Source of the DNA: Halorhodospira halophila SL1 | GTDB lineage: Bacteria; Pseudomonadota; Gammaproteobacteria; Nitrococcales; Halorhodospiraceae | NCBI RefSeq assembly: GCF_000015585.1 | Contig: NC_008789.1 | Span: forward strand, 1,200,001 to 1,232,000 | Reading direction: 5' to 3' | DNA length: 32,000 bases | Part shown: in pieces, positions 9,389 through 17,411 of the stretch | Position numbering within the stretch: the stretch's first letter is position 1 | Layout: each line of letters begins with the position of its first letter | Notes under the pieces: generated by a model | What the model was told of the DNA's origin: nothing | The model's input: only the letters and a program-made list of their open reading frames with translations | Database searches by the model: none | Program-made: the position numbers and the translations under genes

Positions 9389-9421
9389 GCGCGTTCGCCA
9401 TTCGGTTGAACGAATACGCGC
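9389..9421. promoter_or_regulatory. nested inverted repeat upstream of the ArsR-family gene; candidate operator
   Basis: GCGCGT (9389-9394) pairs with ACGCGC (9416-9421), and ATTCG (9400-9404) with CGAAT (9411-9415) around GTTGAA. It ends 20 nt before the ArsR ATG. ArsR/SmtB repressors typically autoregulate through imperfect palindromes. Confidence 0.3.
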
Positions 9422-9440
9422 CGCCCCCTACCCTAGTCCC

Positions 9441-9791
9441 ATGGCCCTGACGCCCGACCACCTGTTCCGACTCTTCGGCGATCCGACCCGGCTCCGCTGT
9501 CTTCTCCTCCTGCGCCGCCAGGGGTGGCTCTGCGTCTGCGAACTCACCGCAGCAATGGACATCATCCAGCCCAAGATCTCCCGTCATCTGGCCATGCTCC
9601 GCGAGGCCGGGCTGGTCGAATACCGTCGCCACGGGCAATGGGTCCATTACCGGATCAAGCCGGACCAGCCGCCATGGGTGGAGTCGATCCTCGATGCGGC
9701 GCTACAGGCCAGCGACGCCGTGGCCTGGCACCCGGAGGACCAGGAGCGGCTGGCTCAGATGACCAACCGAGTCACCAAGGATCAAGCATGA
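9441..9791 (+). CDS. ArsR/SmtB family transcriptional regulator (winged HTH) with a CVC motif
   Basis: ORF 9387..9791, trimmed to ATG 9441. LFRLFGDPTRLRCLLLLRRQGWLCVCELTAAMDIIQPKISRHLAMLREAGLVEYRRHGQWVHYRI is the ArsR HTH core. The CVC sits at the position of the As(III)-binding ELCVCDL motif. Confidence 0.8.
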   Translation: MALTPDHLFRLFGDPTRLRCLLLLRRQGWLCVCELTAAMDIIQPKISRHLAMLREAGLVEYRRHGQWVHYRIKPDQPPWVESILDAALQASDAVAWHPEDQERLAQMTNRVTKDQA

Positions 9792-10462
9792 ACGACACCC
9801 CCCTGCTCGAGTGCGTCGAGCAATGCACCGGCGAGAACGTATCCGCCAGCGTCGTCTGGCTCCACGGCCTGGGCGCCGATGGCCACGACTTCGCACCGAT
9901 CGTCGATGAGCTCCACCAGAGTGCCGGTCACGGCGTGCGCTTCGTCTTCCCCCACGCCCCGGCGCAGCCGGTGACAGTCAACGGCGGCATGTCGATGCCG
10001 GCCTGGTACGACATCCGCGGCCTGGGCGGCGGCGGCATCGACGAGGACACCGCGGGCATCGAGCAGGCACGCCTGCAGGTGGAGGCCCTGATGCGCCGGG
10101 AAGTGGAACGCGGCACTCCTATCGAGCGCCTGTTCCTCGCGGGCTTCTCCCAGGGGGCCGCCACCGCCCTCTACACCGCCCTGAACACGGCCATGAAGCC
10201 GGCCGGGGTCATCGCTTTATCGGGGTGGCTGCCCAGCGGCGCGGAGACCGGCGGCAGAGGGCCTCGCCCGCCGGTTTTTATGGCCCACGGGGTGCAGGAC
10301 CCGATCGTGCCCATCGAACTCGGCCGCCAGGCGGCAGCCACCCTGGAGAACGCCGGTCATCCGGTGGAGTGGCACGACTTCCCGATGGAGCACGCCGTCT
10401 GCATGCCCGAGATCCAGCGCCTGGACCTATGGCTGACGAGCCGGCTGACCACCCAGGCCTAG
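9788..10462 (+). CDS. alpha/beta hydrolase, phospholipase/carboxylesterase family (PF02230-like)
   Basis: ORF 9524..10462, trimmed to ATG 9788, which overlaps the ArsR stop as ATGA. VVWLHGLGADGHDF, the nucleophile elbow GFSQGA, and FMAHGVQDPIVP ... H at the C-terminus fit a Ser-Asp-His esterase. Confidence 0.8.
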   Translation: MNDTPLLECVEQCTGENVSASVVWLHGLGADGHDFAPIVDELHQSAGHGVRFVFPHAPAQPVTVNGGMSMPAWYDIRGLGGGGIDEDTAGIEQARLQVEALMRREVERGTPIERLFLAGFSQGAATALYTALNTAMKPAGVIALSGWLPSGAETGGRGPRPPVFMAHGVQDPIVPIELGRQAAATLENAGHPVEWHDFPMEHAVCMPEIQRLDLWLTSRLTTQA

Positions 10463-10477
10463 CCGGCCGGCGGGAGG

Positions 10478-10864
10478 TCATTCCTGGCAGTCGAAGCCGC
10501 AGGCGTCGAGCCCCTCCTCCAGATAATCGGCCGCCAGTGGCGTCGCAAGGATATAGTCGGCGGTGCGCGGGTTCCACGCCGACTTCGCCTCGCTGCGCGC
10601 CTCCGCCCATTCGCTGACATCGAAATCACCGCGGCCGATCCACATCAGCGCCACGACCTCGGCCTGCTCAGCCGGCTCCATGTCCTCGAAGGTGGCGCGC
10701 AGCTCCTGCACGCTCAGATCGTCGGCGTGATCGGCGAGGACCTGGAGCGCCCAGTCGTCCTCGGGGCCATCCGGCGAGTCGGGGATCACCACAGCCTCCT
10801 TGGCCTGGAACTCCCGGCACTTGCGGATGATAAAACAGACGGTGTCCAGACTGACCTCGAACAT
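10478..10864 (-). CDS. DUF3775 domain-containing protein
   Basis: ORF 10478..10903, trimmed to ATG 10864 (GGGGAGGG upstream). MFEVSLDTVCFIIRKCREFQAKE..., ALMWIGRGDF and RTADYILATPLAADYLEEGL match the DUF3775 pattern as I recall it. Confidence 0.75.
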   Translation of the reverse strand: MFEVSLDTVCFIIRKCREFQAKEAVVIPDSPDGPEDDWALQVLADHADDLSVQELRATFEDMEPAEQAEVVALMWIGRGDFDVSEWAEARSEAKSAWNPRTADYILATPLAADYLEEGLDACGFDCQE

Positions 10865-10945
10865 GATGCCCTCCCCTCGCCATTGGCCGACCCCAGAATT
10901 CACGTTGCCTCGGTCCCAGGCTCAGCGCAAGCGGCCTCGACCGCT

Positions 10946-11575
10946 TCAGGGGATACCCAGGTCCTTGTGGATCTGGACGCTCAGCCACCACTGGGGATGC
11001 CCGCGGCAGTAATCCAGCACGGCGCGGGTATGGGCACCGCGCTGGTTGTCATCGAGGGGCTGGAGGTAGAAGCGGCGGAACGCCAGGTGGGTGAACCGCT
11101 GCGGCTCGGCCCCGGGCTGCGGATAGATCAGCTTGAGTTCATCGCCGGCGGTGATGGCGAGCTCGGTCCCTGCCTTGGGGCTCACGCAGATCCAGTCCAC
11201 ACCGGCCGGCAGGGGCAGCGTGCCGTTGGTCTCCACCGCGACCTCGAACCCCCGAGCGTGCAGCGCCGCCACGAGGGCCGCGTCCAGCTGCAGCGCCGGC
11301 TCACCGCCGGTACAGACCACGTAGGGCTCACCACCGCCGGGCCACCACGCCGCCACCGCCGCCGCCAGCTCGGGGGCGTCGGCGAAGCGGCCGCCACCGG
11401 GGCCACCTGTACCCACGAAATCGGTATCGCAGAAGGTGCAGACCGCCGTCGCTCGATCGGCCTCCCGGCCACTCCACAGGTTACAACCGGCGAAGCGCAG
11501 GAAGACCGCCGGCCGGCCACTGCGCGCACCCTCGCCCTGCAGGGTGTAGAACAGACTGTGGACGGCGTAGCTCAC
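10946..11575 (-). CDS. queE: 7-carboxy-7-deazaguanine synthase (radical SAM)
   Basis: The 209-aa ORF has FYTLQGEG, RFAGCNLWSGREADRATAVCTFCDTDF (QueE-type Cys cluster) and TGGEPAL. The GTG start lies 3 nt after the upstream gene's stop, with GGAG 6 nt upstream. Confidence 0.85.
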   Translation of the reverse strand: MSYAVHSLFYTLQGEGARSGRPAVFLRFAGCNLWSGREADRATAVCTFCDTDFVGTGGPGGGRFADAPELAAAVAAWWPGGGEPYVVCTGGEPALQLDAALVAALHARGFEVAVETNGTLPLPAGVDWICVSPKAGTELAITAGDELKLIYPQPGAEPQRFTHLAFRRFYLQPLDDNQRGAHTRAVLDYCRGHPQWWLSVQIHKDLGIP

Positions 11576-11578
11576 CGC

Positions 11579-12571
11579 TCACTCCGGCCAGGCGATGGCC
11601 CCGACACCATCCCGCTCGTAGCAGTCGACGCGAAGGAGCTCCGGCAGGCGCTGGCGCGCGGCACGGGCCGCCCAAGCGGCCAGACTGGCCACATCCCCGG
11701 ACTCAAGGCCGGCAATGGTGTCCAGGCGCTGGTGGTCCAGGGCCTCGCGCACCGGCGCGAAGGCCGCCTTGACATCCCCGTAGTCCAACGTCCAACCGAG
11801 CACCCGATCCAGTGGCGCGGTAACGTGCACCCGCAACCGGTAGCCGTGCCCGTGCAGCCGCGCCCGGGTGTCGTCCGCATCCGCCACGCAGGTGGCGGCC
11901 TCAAAGCGCTGAGCCTTCCAGATGGTGTGCTGCGCGCCGTCGTAGGTGCAGCCGGAGTGCTCCGTTTCATGGACATGCAACCGGATCAGCCCGGGACACC
12001 GGGGCCGCAGCTGCTCCCAGAGCCACACCGCGATCAGCTCGCTGGTGGGGTTGTCCAGGAAATCGTTCAGGCAGGCGCGATCCAGGGCCTGCCCCAGCGG
12101 CGCCCACGCCTCGCCCAGCGCTTCGGGATCGCCGCCGGCGGCCTCAAGGACCACCAGGTACCCGTGCCCGTGCATGCGCCCGCAGGGATGCCCCTCGGGA
12201 ACGTACGGCAGACGGTGCGCCGCCTCGAACCGGAAGGCCCGCCAGGCCCAGGCTCCACCCTCGCGGCCAACACCGCGGTCCGGGGCGCTGCGCAGCGCCA
12301 GTCGGTGCGGCACGACCCCGGCAGCCTCCAGGCGCCGGCCCAGCTCGTCGAGCACTCGGGGGTCGGCGGGATCGTCGAGGTGTTCGTTGAGAAGGGTATA
12401 GTCCAGCGGTGCTACTGCAGCCGCGCACGCCCCGGCCAGGGCGTCCGGATCCGCCGCGCCGCCATCGGCGCGGACTCGGGCACGCAGCCGAAAGGAGTGA
12501 CCGTGCCAGCCCCGGCCGTCGCGGCGCGCGGCCTCGAAGGGGACCTCGGCGGTGTAGAGCAGGGATTCCAT
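11579..12571 (-). CDS. QueD/6-pyruvoyl-tetrahydropterin-synthase family protein with three tandem PTPS-like modules
   Basis: ORF 11579..12601. There are three repeats of the FEAA...HGH(S/G)(F/Y) pattern: FEAARRDGRGWHGHSF, FEAAHRLPYVPEGHPCGRMHGHGY (near-identical to the E. coli QueD active-site motif as recalled) and FEAATCVADADDTRARLHGHGY. ATG 12571 (MESLLY...), 13 nt after the upstream stop, is preferred; TTG 12601 is the alternative. Confidence 0.75.
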   Translation of the reverse strand: MESLLYTAEVPFEAARRDGRGWHGHSFRLRARVRADGGAADPDALAGACAAAVAPLDYTLLNEHLDDPADPRVLDELGRRLEAAGVVPHRLALRSAPDRGVGREGGAWAWRAFRFEAAHRLPYVPEGHPCGRMHGHGYLVVLEAAGGDPEALGEAWAPLGQALDRACLNDFLDNPTSELIAVWLWEQLRPRCPGLIRLHVHETEHSGCTYDGAQHTIWKAQRFEAATCVADADDTRARLHGHGYRLRVHVTAPLDRVLGWTLDYGDVKAAFAPVREALDHQRLDTIAGLESGDVASLAAWAARAARQRLPELLRVDCYERDGVGAIAWPE

Positions 12572-12584
12572 CCCGGTGATGTTA

Positions 12585-13748
12585 TCACGGCCGTGCGGCA
12601 ATCAGCGGCACCCACTGCTCGCTCGCCGACGCCCCGCCGTGCACCCCCACCTGGGCGAAGCGCCCCTCGCCCACCAGCCGGTCCTTGATCACCCAGCCAT
12701 CGGCCGGCAGCAGCACCCAATCACCGATCCGCCGGCGCAGCTTCGGGTGTTCCGGCATGGGCCCGAACCAACCCGCCGCCAGGAGCTCCTCGGAGCGGGC
12801 GACCTGGCAGACCGTACCCAGGCGCTCGCGGCAATAGGACTGGAAGTCGAGTTCGGTGCCCGGACGCAGGTAGCAGTAGGCCGCCCGGGGCTCGCCGCAC
12901 AGCGGCAGGGCCAGCATCTCGGCCAACTCCGGATGGTCCCCCAGATAGAGGGTCCGCTCGGGGGCAGTATCGATCAGGCCGTGGTCGGCGGTGCCGAGGA
13001 TCACGGTGTCGGTGCCCTGAAGGCCATCGAGCAGCCGCTGCCAGGCGATGTCGATGGAGCGGAACTGGTCGCGCACCGCTGCACTGTCGACACCGTGCTG
13101 GTGGCTCAGCGTATCCAGGTCCGGCCAGTAGGCGTAGACGAACCGTCGCTGCCGACCGGGCTCGCGGGCGATGCGCACCAGCACCTCGCGCAGCTCGTCC
13201 AACCCCTGATAGCCGTGCCGGCGGGCATAGCGCCCGGTGACCGCCCGGCTATACGGCGTGTCGACCAGCCAGGAGGGTTGAACGACGTGCGTCTCGGCCT
13301 GAAACCGATCCCAGATCGGGTCGCGCTGCAGCAGCTCGGCGCTCTCCGGCTCGATGCTGGACCACTGCCCCTTGCCCACCCGCGGACCGAAGGGGAGCCA
13401 GGCGGTGACCGCCCCCAGCTCGTGGACGTACATAAACCAGCCGGTGACCCCGTGCCCCCGCGGCGGACGCCCGGTAATGATGCTGGTCAAGGCCGCCGAG
13501 GTGGTGGCGGGGAAGACCGAGGTCAGCACCCGCACCCGATCCCGCGCCAGGCTGCTGCCCGGCTGCCTGGCCAGGTAGTGATCGCCGAGGCCATCCATGA
13601 TCCAGAGGATGACCGTGCGCGCCTCCTCCAGCCCCAGCTCCGGCTCAGGATCCAGGGCCGGATAGTGGCTGGACGCCGCCCCGAAGGCACGGCCCAGGGA
13701 CGCCATCAGGTTGACCAGGCCGCTGCCCTCGTAGCTGGGTCTATCCAT
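12585..13748 (-). CDS. alkaline phosphatase superfamily protein (type I phosphodiesterase/nucleotide pyrophosphatase-like, COG1524-like)
   Basis: The 387-aa ORF has VILWIMDGLGDHYL (metal Asp), SVFPATTSAALTSIITGRPPRGHGVTGW (nucleophile Thr region), LGTADHG and GVHGGASASEQWVPL. The start ATG overlaps the upstream kinase stop (ATGGATAG, 13748-13741). Confidence 0.75.
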   Translation of the reverse strand: MDRPSYEGSGLVNLMASLGRAFGAASSHYPALDPEPELGLEEARTVILWIMDGLGDHYLARQPGSSLARDRVRVLTSVFPATTSAALTSIITGRPPRGHGVTGWFMYVHELGAVTAWLPFGPRVGKGQWSSIEPESAELLQRDPIWDRFQAETHVVQPSWLVDTPYSRAVTGRYARRHGYQGLDELREVLVRIAREPGRQRRFVYAYWPDLDTLSHQHGVDSAAVRDQFRSIDIAWQRLLDGLQGTDTVILGTADHGLIDTAPERTLYLGDHPELAEMLALPLCGEPRAAYCYLRPGTELDFQSYCRERLGTVCQVARSEELLAAGWFGPMPEHPKLRRRIGDWVLLPADGWVIKDRLVGEGRFAQVGVHGGASASEQWVPLIAARP

Positions 13749-15054
13749 CGCTCGAGACCTCGTCCGCGGTCACCACGCCGGGCAGATCGACCCAGAAGAC
13801 CGACCCCACGCCGGGCGCGCTGGAGAAACCGATCTCGCCGCCCATCTGCTCCACCAGGCGGCGGGTCACCACCAGACCGATGCCGGTCCCCTCCACCTCC
13901 GAGGACTCCAGACCCAGGCGGTTGAAGGGGTAGAAGACCTCGCGCTGGCGCTCCTCGCGGATACCGATCCCGGTGTCCCGCACCCGGAAGCGGATCCGGT
14001 CGGGCGCCGGGGCCTCGACCTCGACCTCCACCCGCCCGTCCGGCCGGTTGTACTTGACGGCATTGCTGGCGAGGTTGAACAGCACCTGGCGGATGCGCCG
14101 TGGATCCACCCAGATGGATGCCGGAACGGCCTCGGCCACGTACACGGACAGGTGCACCCCGGCGTCGGTGGCCATCGGACCGAGCAGCTCGGCACACTGG
14201 TCGACCAGCAGGCCCGGCGCCACCCACTCCGGCTTGAGTTCCACCCGACCGGCCTCGACGCGGGAAAGATCGAGGATGTCATCGATCAGCGACAGCAGGT
14301 GACGGCCACCCCCGAGGATCTGATCGACGTAACCGGCCTGGCGCTCGGAAAGCGGCTCGCGGGGATCCTGCTCGAGGATCTGGGCAAAGCCGAGCACCGC
14401 GTTAAGCGGTGTCCGCAACTCGTGACTCATGCTCGACAGGAACTGGCTCTTGGCCCGGTTACCGCGCTCGGCCTCCTCGCGGGCCTGCTGCAGCTCGAGG
14501 TTGATACGGCGCAGCTCGATCGCGGACCGTTCGGCTCGCGCCCGCTCCTCATCGAGGCGCTGGTTGGCCCGGCGCAGCTCGAACTCGTCGACCACCACCT
14601 CCGCCAGCTCCTGGAGGGTCGCCAGCTCGGCGTCGGACAGGGTGCGGGCCTGGCGGTCGCCGAGGCAGAGGGTGCCGATGCGCGCCCCACCCTCAACCAC
14701 CAACGGCACCCCGGCGTAGAAACGCAGGTGCGGGGGCCCAGTAACCAGCGGGTGGTCGGCGAAACGCGGATCCGCATGGGTATCGGTGACCACCAGCGGG
14801 TCCCCGGTCTGGATCACGCAGTTGCAAAAGGCGATCTCGCGCGGCGTCTCCTCGATCCCCAGCCCGCGGGCTGCCTTGAACCATTGCCGCTCGCGCTCGA
14901 TCAGCGAGATGAAGGCGATGGGCACATCAAAGATCCGCGCACACAGGCCGACAAGGCGCTCAAAGGCCACCTCGGGCCCATCCGCTCCTCCCTGGTAGCG
15001 CGCCAGGGCCTCGAGGCGATGCGCCTCGTCCGGGGATATCCGGGAAGATGCCAT
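13741..15054 (-). CDS. GAF domain-containing sensor histidine kinase (cytoplasmic)
   Basis: N-terminal GAF-like region (RLEALARYQ..., ISLIERERQWFKA, FCNCVI), a coiled linker, the H-box SHELRTPLNAVLGFAQIL, the N-box NLASNAVKY and the G-boxes DTGIGI / GTGIGL. Confidence 0.85.
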   Translation of the reverse strand: MASSRISPDEAHRLEALARYQGGADGPEVAFERLVGLCARIFDVPIAFISLIERERQWFKAARGLGIEETPREIAFCNCVIQTGDPLVVTDTHADPRFADHPLVTGPPHLRFYAGVPLVVEGGARIGTLCLGDRQARTLSDAELATLQELAEVVVDEFELRRANQRLDEERARAERSAIELRRINLELQQAREEAERGNRAKSQFLSSMSHELRTPLNAVLGFAQILEQDPREPLSERQAGYVDQILGGGRHLLSLIDDILDLSRVEAGRVELKPEWVAPGLLVDQCAELLGPMATDAGVHLSVYVAEAVPASIWVDPRRIRQVLFNLASNAVKYNRPDGRVEVEVEAPAPDRIRFRVRDTGIGIREERQREVFYPFNRLGLESSEVEGTGIGLVVTRRLVEQMGGEIGFSSAPGVGSVFWVDLPGVVTADEVSSDG

Positions 15055-15102
15055 GGTCAGCCGACCTCGCGTGCAACGGGATGCTCAAAAACCAGCGCTG
15101 GC

Positions 15103-16044
15103 TCAAGGGTACCGCAAGTCATCGAGCCACGCCCGCAGGCCGAGCAGCGCGGCCGCCGCCGGATCGTCGATCCGCTGCACCGGCACTGGCTCCAGATAGG
15201 CACGGAAACGCCCCTTCGCCAAGAAGCGCTCGAGCAGCGGCGAGGTTGTGAGCCGCGACGCGGCCAGGCGCGGCAAGATCCCCCCGGCCAGGAAGACCCC
15301 GGCACGCGCGCCCAGGGTCAGGGCCAGATTGCCGGCCGTCCCGCCGAGGAACCCGAGGAAGCGGTCGAAGGTCTCCCGGGCGGCCGGATCGGCCTCCTGA
15401 TCGGCGGCGGTGATGGCCTCCGGAGACGCCTCGACCCCGTGCAACAGCCGATGGAGGCGGCTCAGCCCGGCACCGCTGAGCACCGACTCAGCGGAAACGT
15501 GGCCGAGTTCCTCGCGCAGAGCGGCGAGCAACGCCGCCTCGGTCTCATCGGCGGCGGCCAGGGTGACGTGACCGCCCTCGCCAGCAATCACCCCCCAACC
15601 CTGCGCGGCCGGCACCACGCCGGAGACCCCCAGGCCGGTCCCCGGACCGAGCACCGCCATCGGCGTACCCGTAACCGGCGTGCCGGAGCGCAGCAGCGCG
15701 CAGTGCTCGGCCGGCTGCAACTCGGGCAAGGCCCGGGCCAGGGCCTGGTAGTCGTTGACCAGCTCGGCGCGGACCGCACCGGTCCGTCGTGCCAGCTCGT
15801 CGGCCTCGACCTGCCAACCGAGATTGGTCAGCTGCACGCGCCCATCGGCCACCGGCCCGGCAACCGCCGCGGCCACCCACCACTCGTCACCGTCGTGCGT
15901 CGCGCAGTGACGCTGCAGCGCTTCGGTGGGGCCGGAGAGGTCCCGATTGCGGTACCGCGTCGCCGTCCCCGGCGCCTCGCCCGGCCCGGCCGTTGCGATG
16001 CGGGTGTGCGTGCCGCCGATATCGGCCAGCAGGTAACGGGTCAC
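15103..16044 (-). CDS. glk: glucokinase
   Basis: YLLADIGGTHTRIA at the N-terminus, LGPGTGLGVSG and GGHV fit the Glk (PF02685) pattern. The GTG start overlaps the otsA stop as GTGA (16044-16041), with GGAGG 4 nt upstream. Confidence 0.85.
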   Translation of the reverse strand: MTRYLLADIGGTHTRIATAGPGEAPGTATRYRNRDLSGPTEALQRHCATHDGDEWWVAAAVAGPVADGRVQLTNLGWQVEADELARRTGAVRAELVNDYQALARALPELQPAEHCALLRSGTPVTGTPMAVLGPGTGLGVSGVVPAAQGWGVIAGEGGHVTLAAADETEAALLAALREELGHVSAESVLSGAGLSRLHRLLHGVEASPEAITAADQEADPAARETFDRFLGFLGGTAGNLALTLGARAGVFLAGGILPRLAASRLTTSPLLERFLAKGRFRAYLEPVPVQRIDDPAAAALLGLRAWLDDLRYP

Positions 16045-17411
16045 AGCGCCTCCGAACCCCGTGCGCGGTGGGCATCGTGCAGGGCCTGGATGAAATCCTT
16101 CCGCCAGCGATGCACGTCCTGTCGGCGTAGCGCGTCCATCATCTGCTGCCAGCGCTCGCGCCGCTCCCCCAGCGGCATGGTCAGCGCCTGGTGCATGGCA
16201 TCAACCATCTGATCCACGTCGTAGGGATTGACCAGCACCGCGCCATCGAGCTCTTCGGCAGCGCCAGCGTAGCGCGACAGCACCAGCGCCCCCGGATCGC
16301 CGGGATCCTGGGCGGCGACAAACTCCTTGGCCACCAGATTCATGCCGTCACGCATGGGGGTGATCAGCCCGACGTCGCTACGCGCCAGGAAGCCGAGGAT
16401 ATTCGAACGGTGGAAACCGCGATTGAGGTAACGCAGCGGCACCCAGTCGTACTCGGCGAAACGACCGTTGATGTGGCCAGCCAGGTACTCCAGGTATTGG
16501 CGGATCTCCTCGTACTCGGGTACATCGCCACGGGAGACCGGGGCGATCTGCAGGAAGACCACGTCCCCGCGGTGCTCACTGTGCTGCTCGAGCAGCGCCT
16601 CGTAGGCCTCGAACCGGTTGCGCAGGCCCTTGCTGTAATCGAGCCGGTCGACGCCGATCATCAACCGACGGTCGCGCAGGCTCTGCTGCAGCCGCCGCCC
16701 CTGCTGGGAGTTGTAGCCCCGCTGCGCCTCCCGGGCCACCTGATCGACATCGATGCTGATGGGGAACACCTCGGCCCGTGGGCGCTGCAGCTGCGGGCGG
16801 TAGTGGGTCAGGCAATCGAGGAAGTTGTCCCGGTCGATGCGCGTCTGGAACCCGACCAGATCGTACCGGCACAGCGCCTCGAGCAGTGGCTCGTGACCGG
16901 GCAGGGCGCGGAAGACGTCCCAGGGCGGGAAGGGGGTGTGCAGGAAGAAACCAATGGGGGCCTCGACACCCTGCTCGCGCAACAGTTGCCCGAGAGGAAT
17001 GAAGTGGTAGTCGTGGACCCAGATGATCTCGTCGCCCTCGAGCAACGGTGGCAGATGCTCGGCAAACAGCCGGTTGACCTCCCAGTAGCCCTCGATGCGC
17101 TCGCGCCGGCAGTGGACGAAGGACATGCGGTAGTGGAACAGCGGCCAGAGCACCTGGTTGGCGTAGCCCAGGTAGTAGCGATCGTACTCGAGGCGACTCA
17201 GGCGCAGGGTGGCGTAGCGCACCCCGTTGGCGGTCTGGACCCGGGGCTGGCGCAACCCGTCGATGCGTTCGTCCACGCCGCCGTCCCAACCGAACCACAT
17301 GCCACCGGACTCCTCCAGCGCCGAACGCAGGCCGACGGCCAGACCACCCTGCGCGGCCTGCAGCTGGCTGGGCAAGGCCACACGATTGGAAACGGTTACC
17401 AGTCGACTCAC
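16041..17411 (-). CDS. otsA: alpha,alpha-trehalose-phosphate synthase (GT20)
   Basis: ORF 16041..17552, trimmed. RLVTVSNRV, GGLAVGL, WFGWDG, NQVLWPLFHY, IWVHDYHFIPL, GFFLHTPFP, VDRLDYSKG and DGMNLVAKEF are OtsA hallmarks. GTG 17411 overlaps the GH15 stop as GTGA, with GGAGG 7 nt upstream. Confidence 0.88.
   Translation of the reverse strand: MSRLVTVSNRVALPSQLQAAQGGLAVGLRSALEESGGMWFGWDGGVDERIDGLRQPRVQTANGVRYATLRLSRLEYDRYYLGYANQVLWPLFHYRMSFVHCRRERIEGYWEVNRLFAEHLPPLLEGDEIIWVHDYHFIPLGQLLREQGVEAPIGFFLHTPFPPWDVFRALPGHEPLLEALCRYDLVGFQTRIDRDNFLDCLTHYRPQLQRPRAEVFPISIDVDQVAREAQRGYNSQQGRRLQQSLRDRRLMIGVDRLDYSKGLRNRFEAYEALLEQHSEHRGDVVFLQIAPVSRGDVPEYEEIRQYLEYLAGHINGRFAEYDWVPLRYLNRGFHRSNILGFLARSDVGLITPMRDGMNLVAKEFVAAQDPGDPGALVLSRYAGAAEELDGAVLVNPYDVDQMVDAMHQALTMPLGERRERWQQMMDALRRQDVHRWRKDFIQALHDAHRARGSEAL

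Noticed and set aside
10727-12688. 653-aa plus-strand ORF
   Set aside because: It is antisense to DUF3775, queE and the QueD-like gene, all of which have clear family motifs on the minus strand. It has no motif content of its own.
14152-16212. 686-aa plus-strand ORF (similar cases: 16191..17474 +, 20247..21551 +, 22848..23705 -, 25543..26529 -, 27653..28531 -, 30859..31689 -)
   Set aside because: All of these are antisense to confidently identified genes (kinase/glk/otsA, hybrid kinase, MCP, menD, menB, MAPEG). All show the Arg/Pro/Gly/Ala-dominated composition of non-coding frames in GC-rich DNA.
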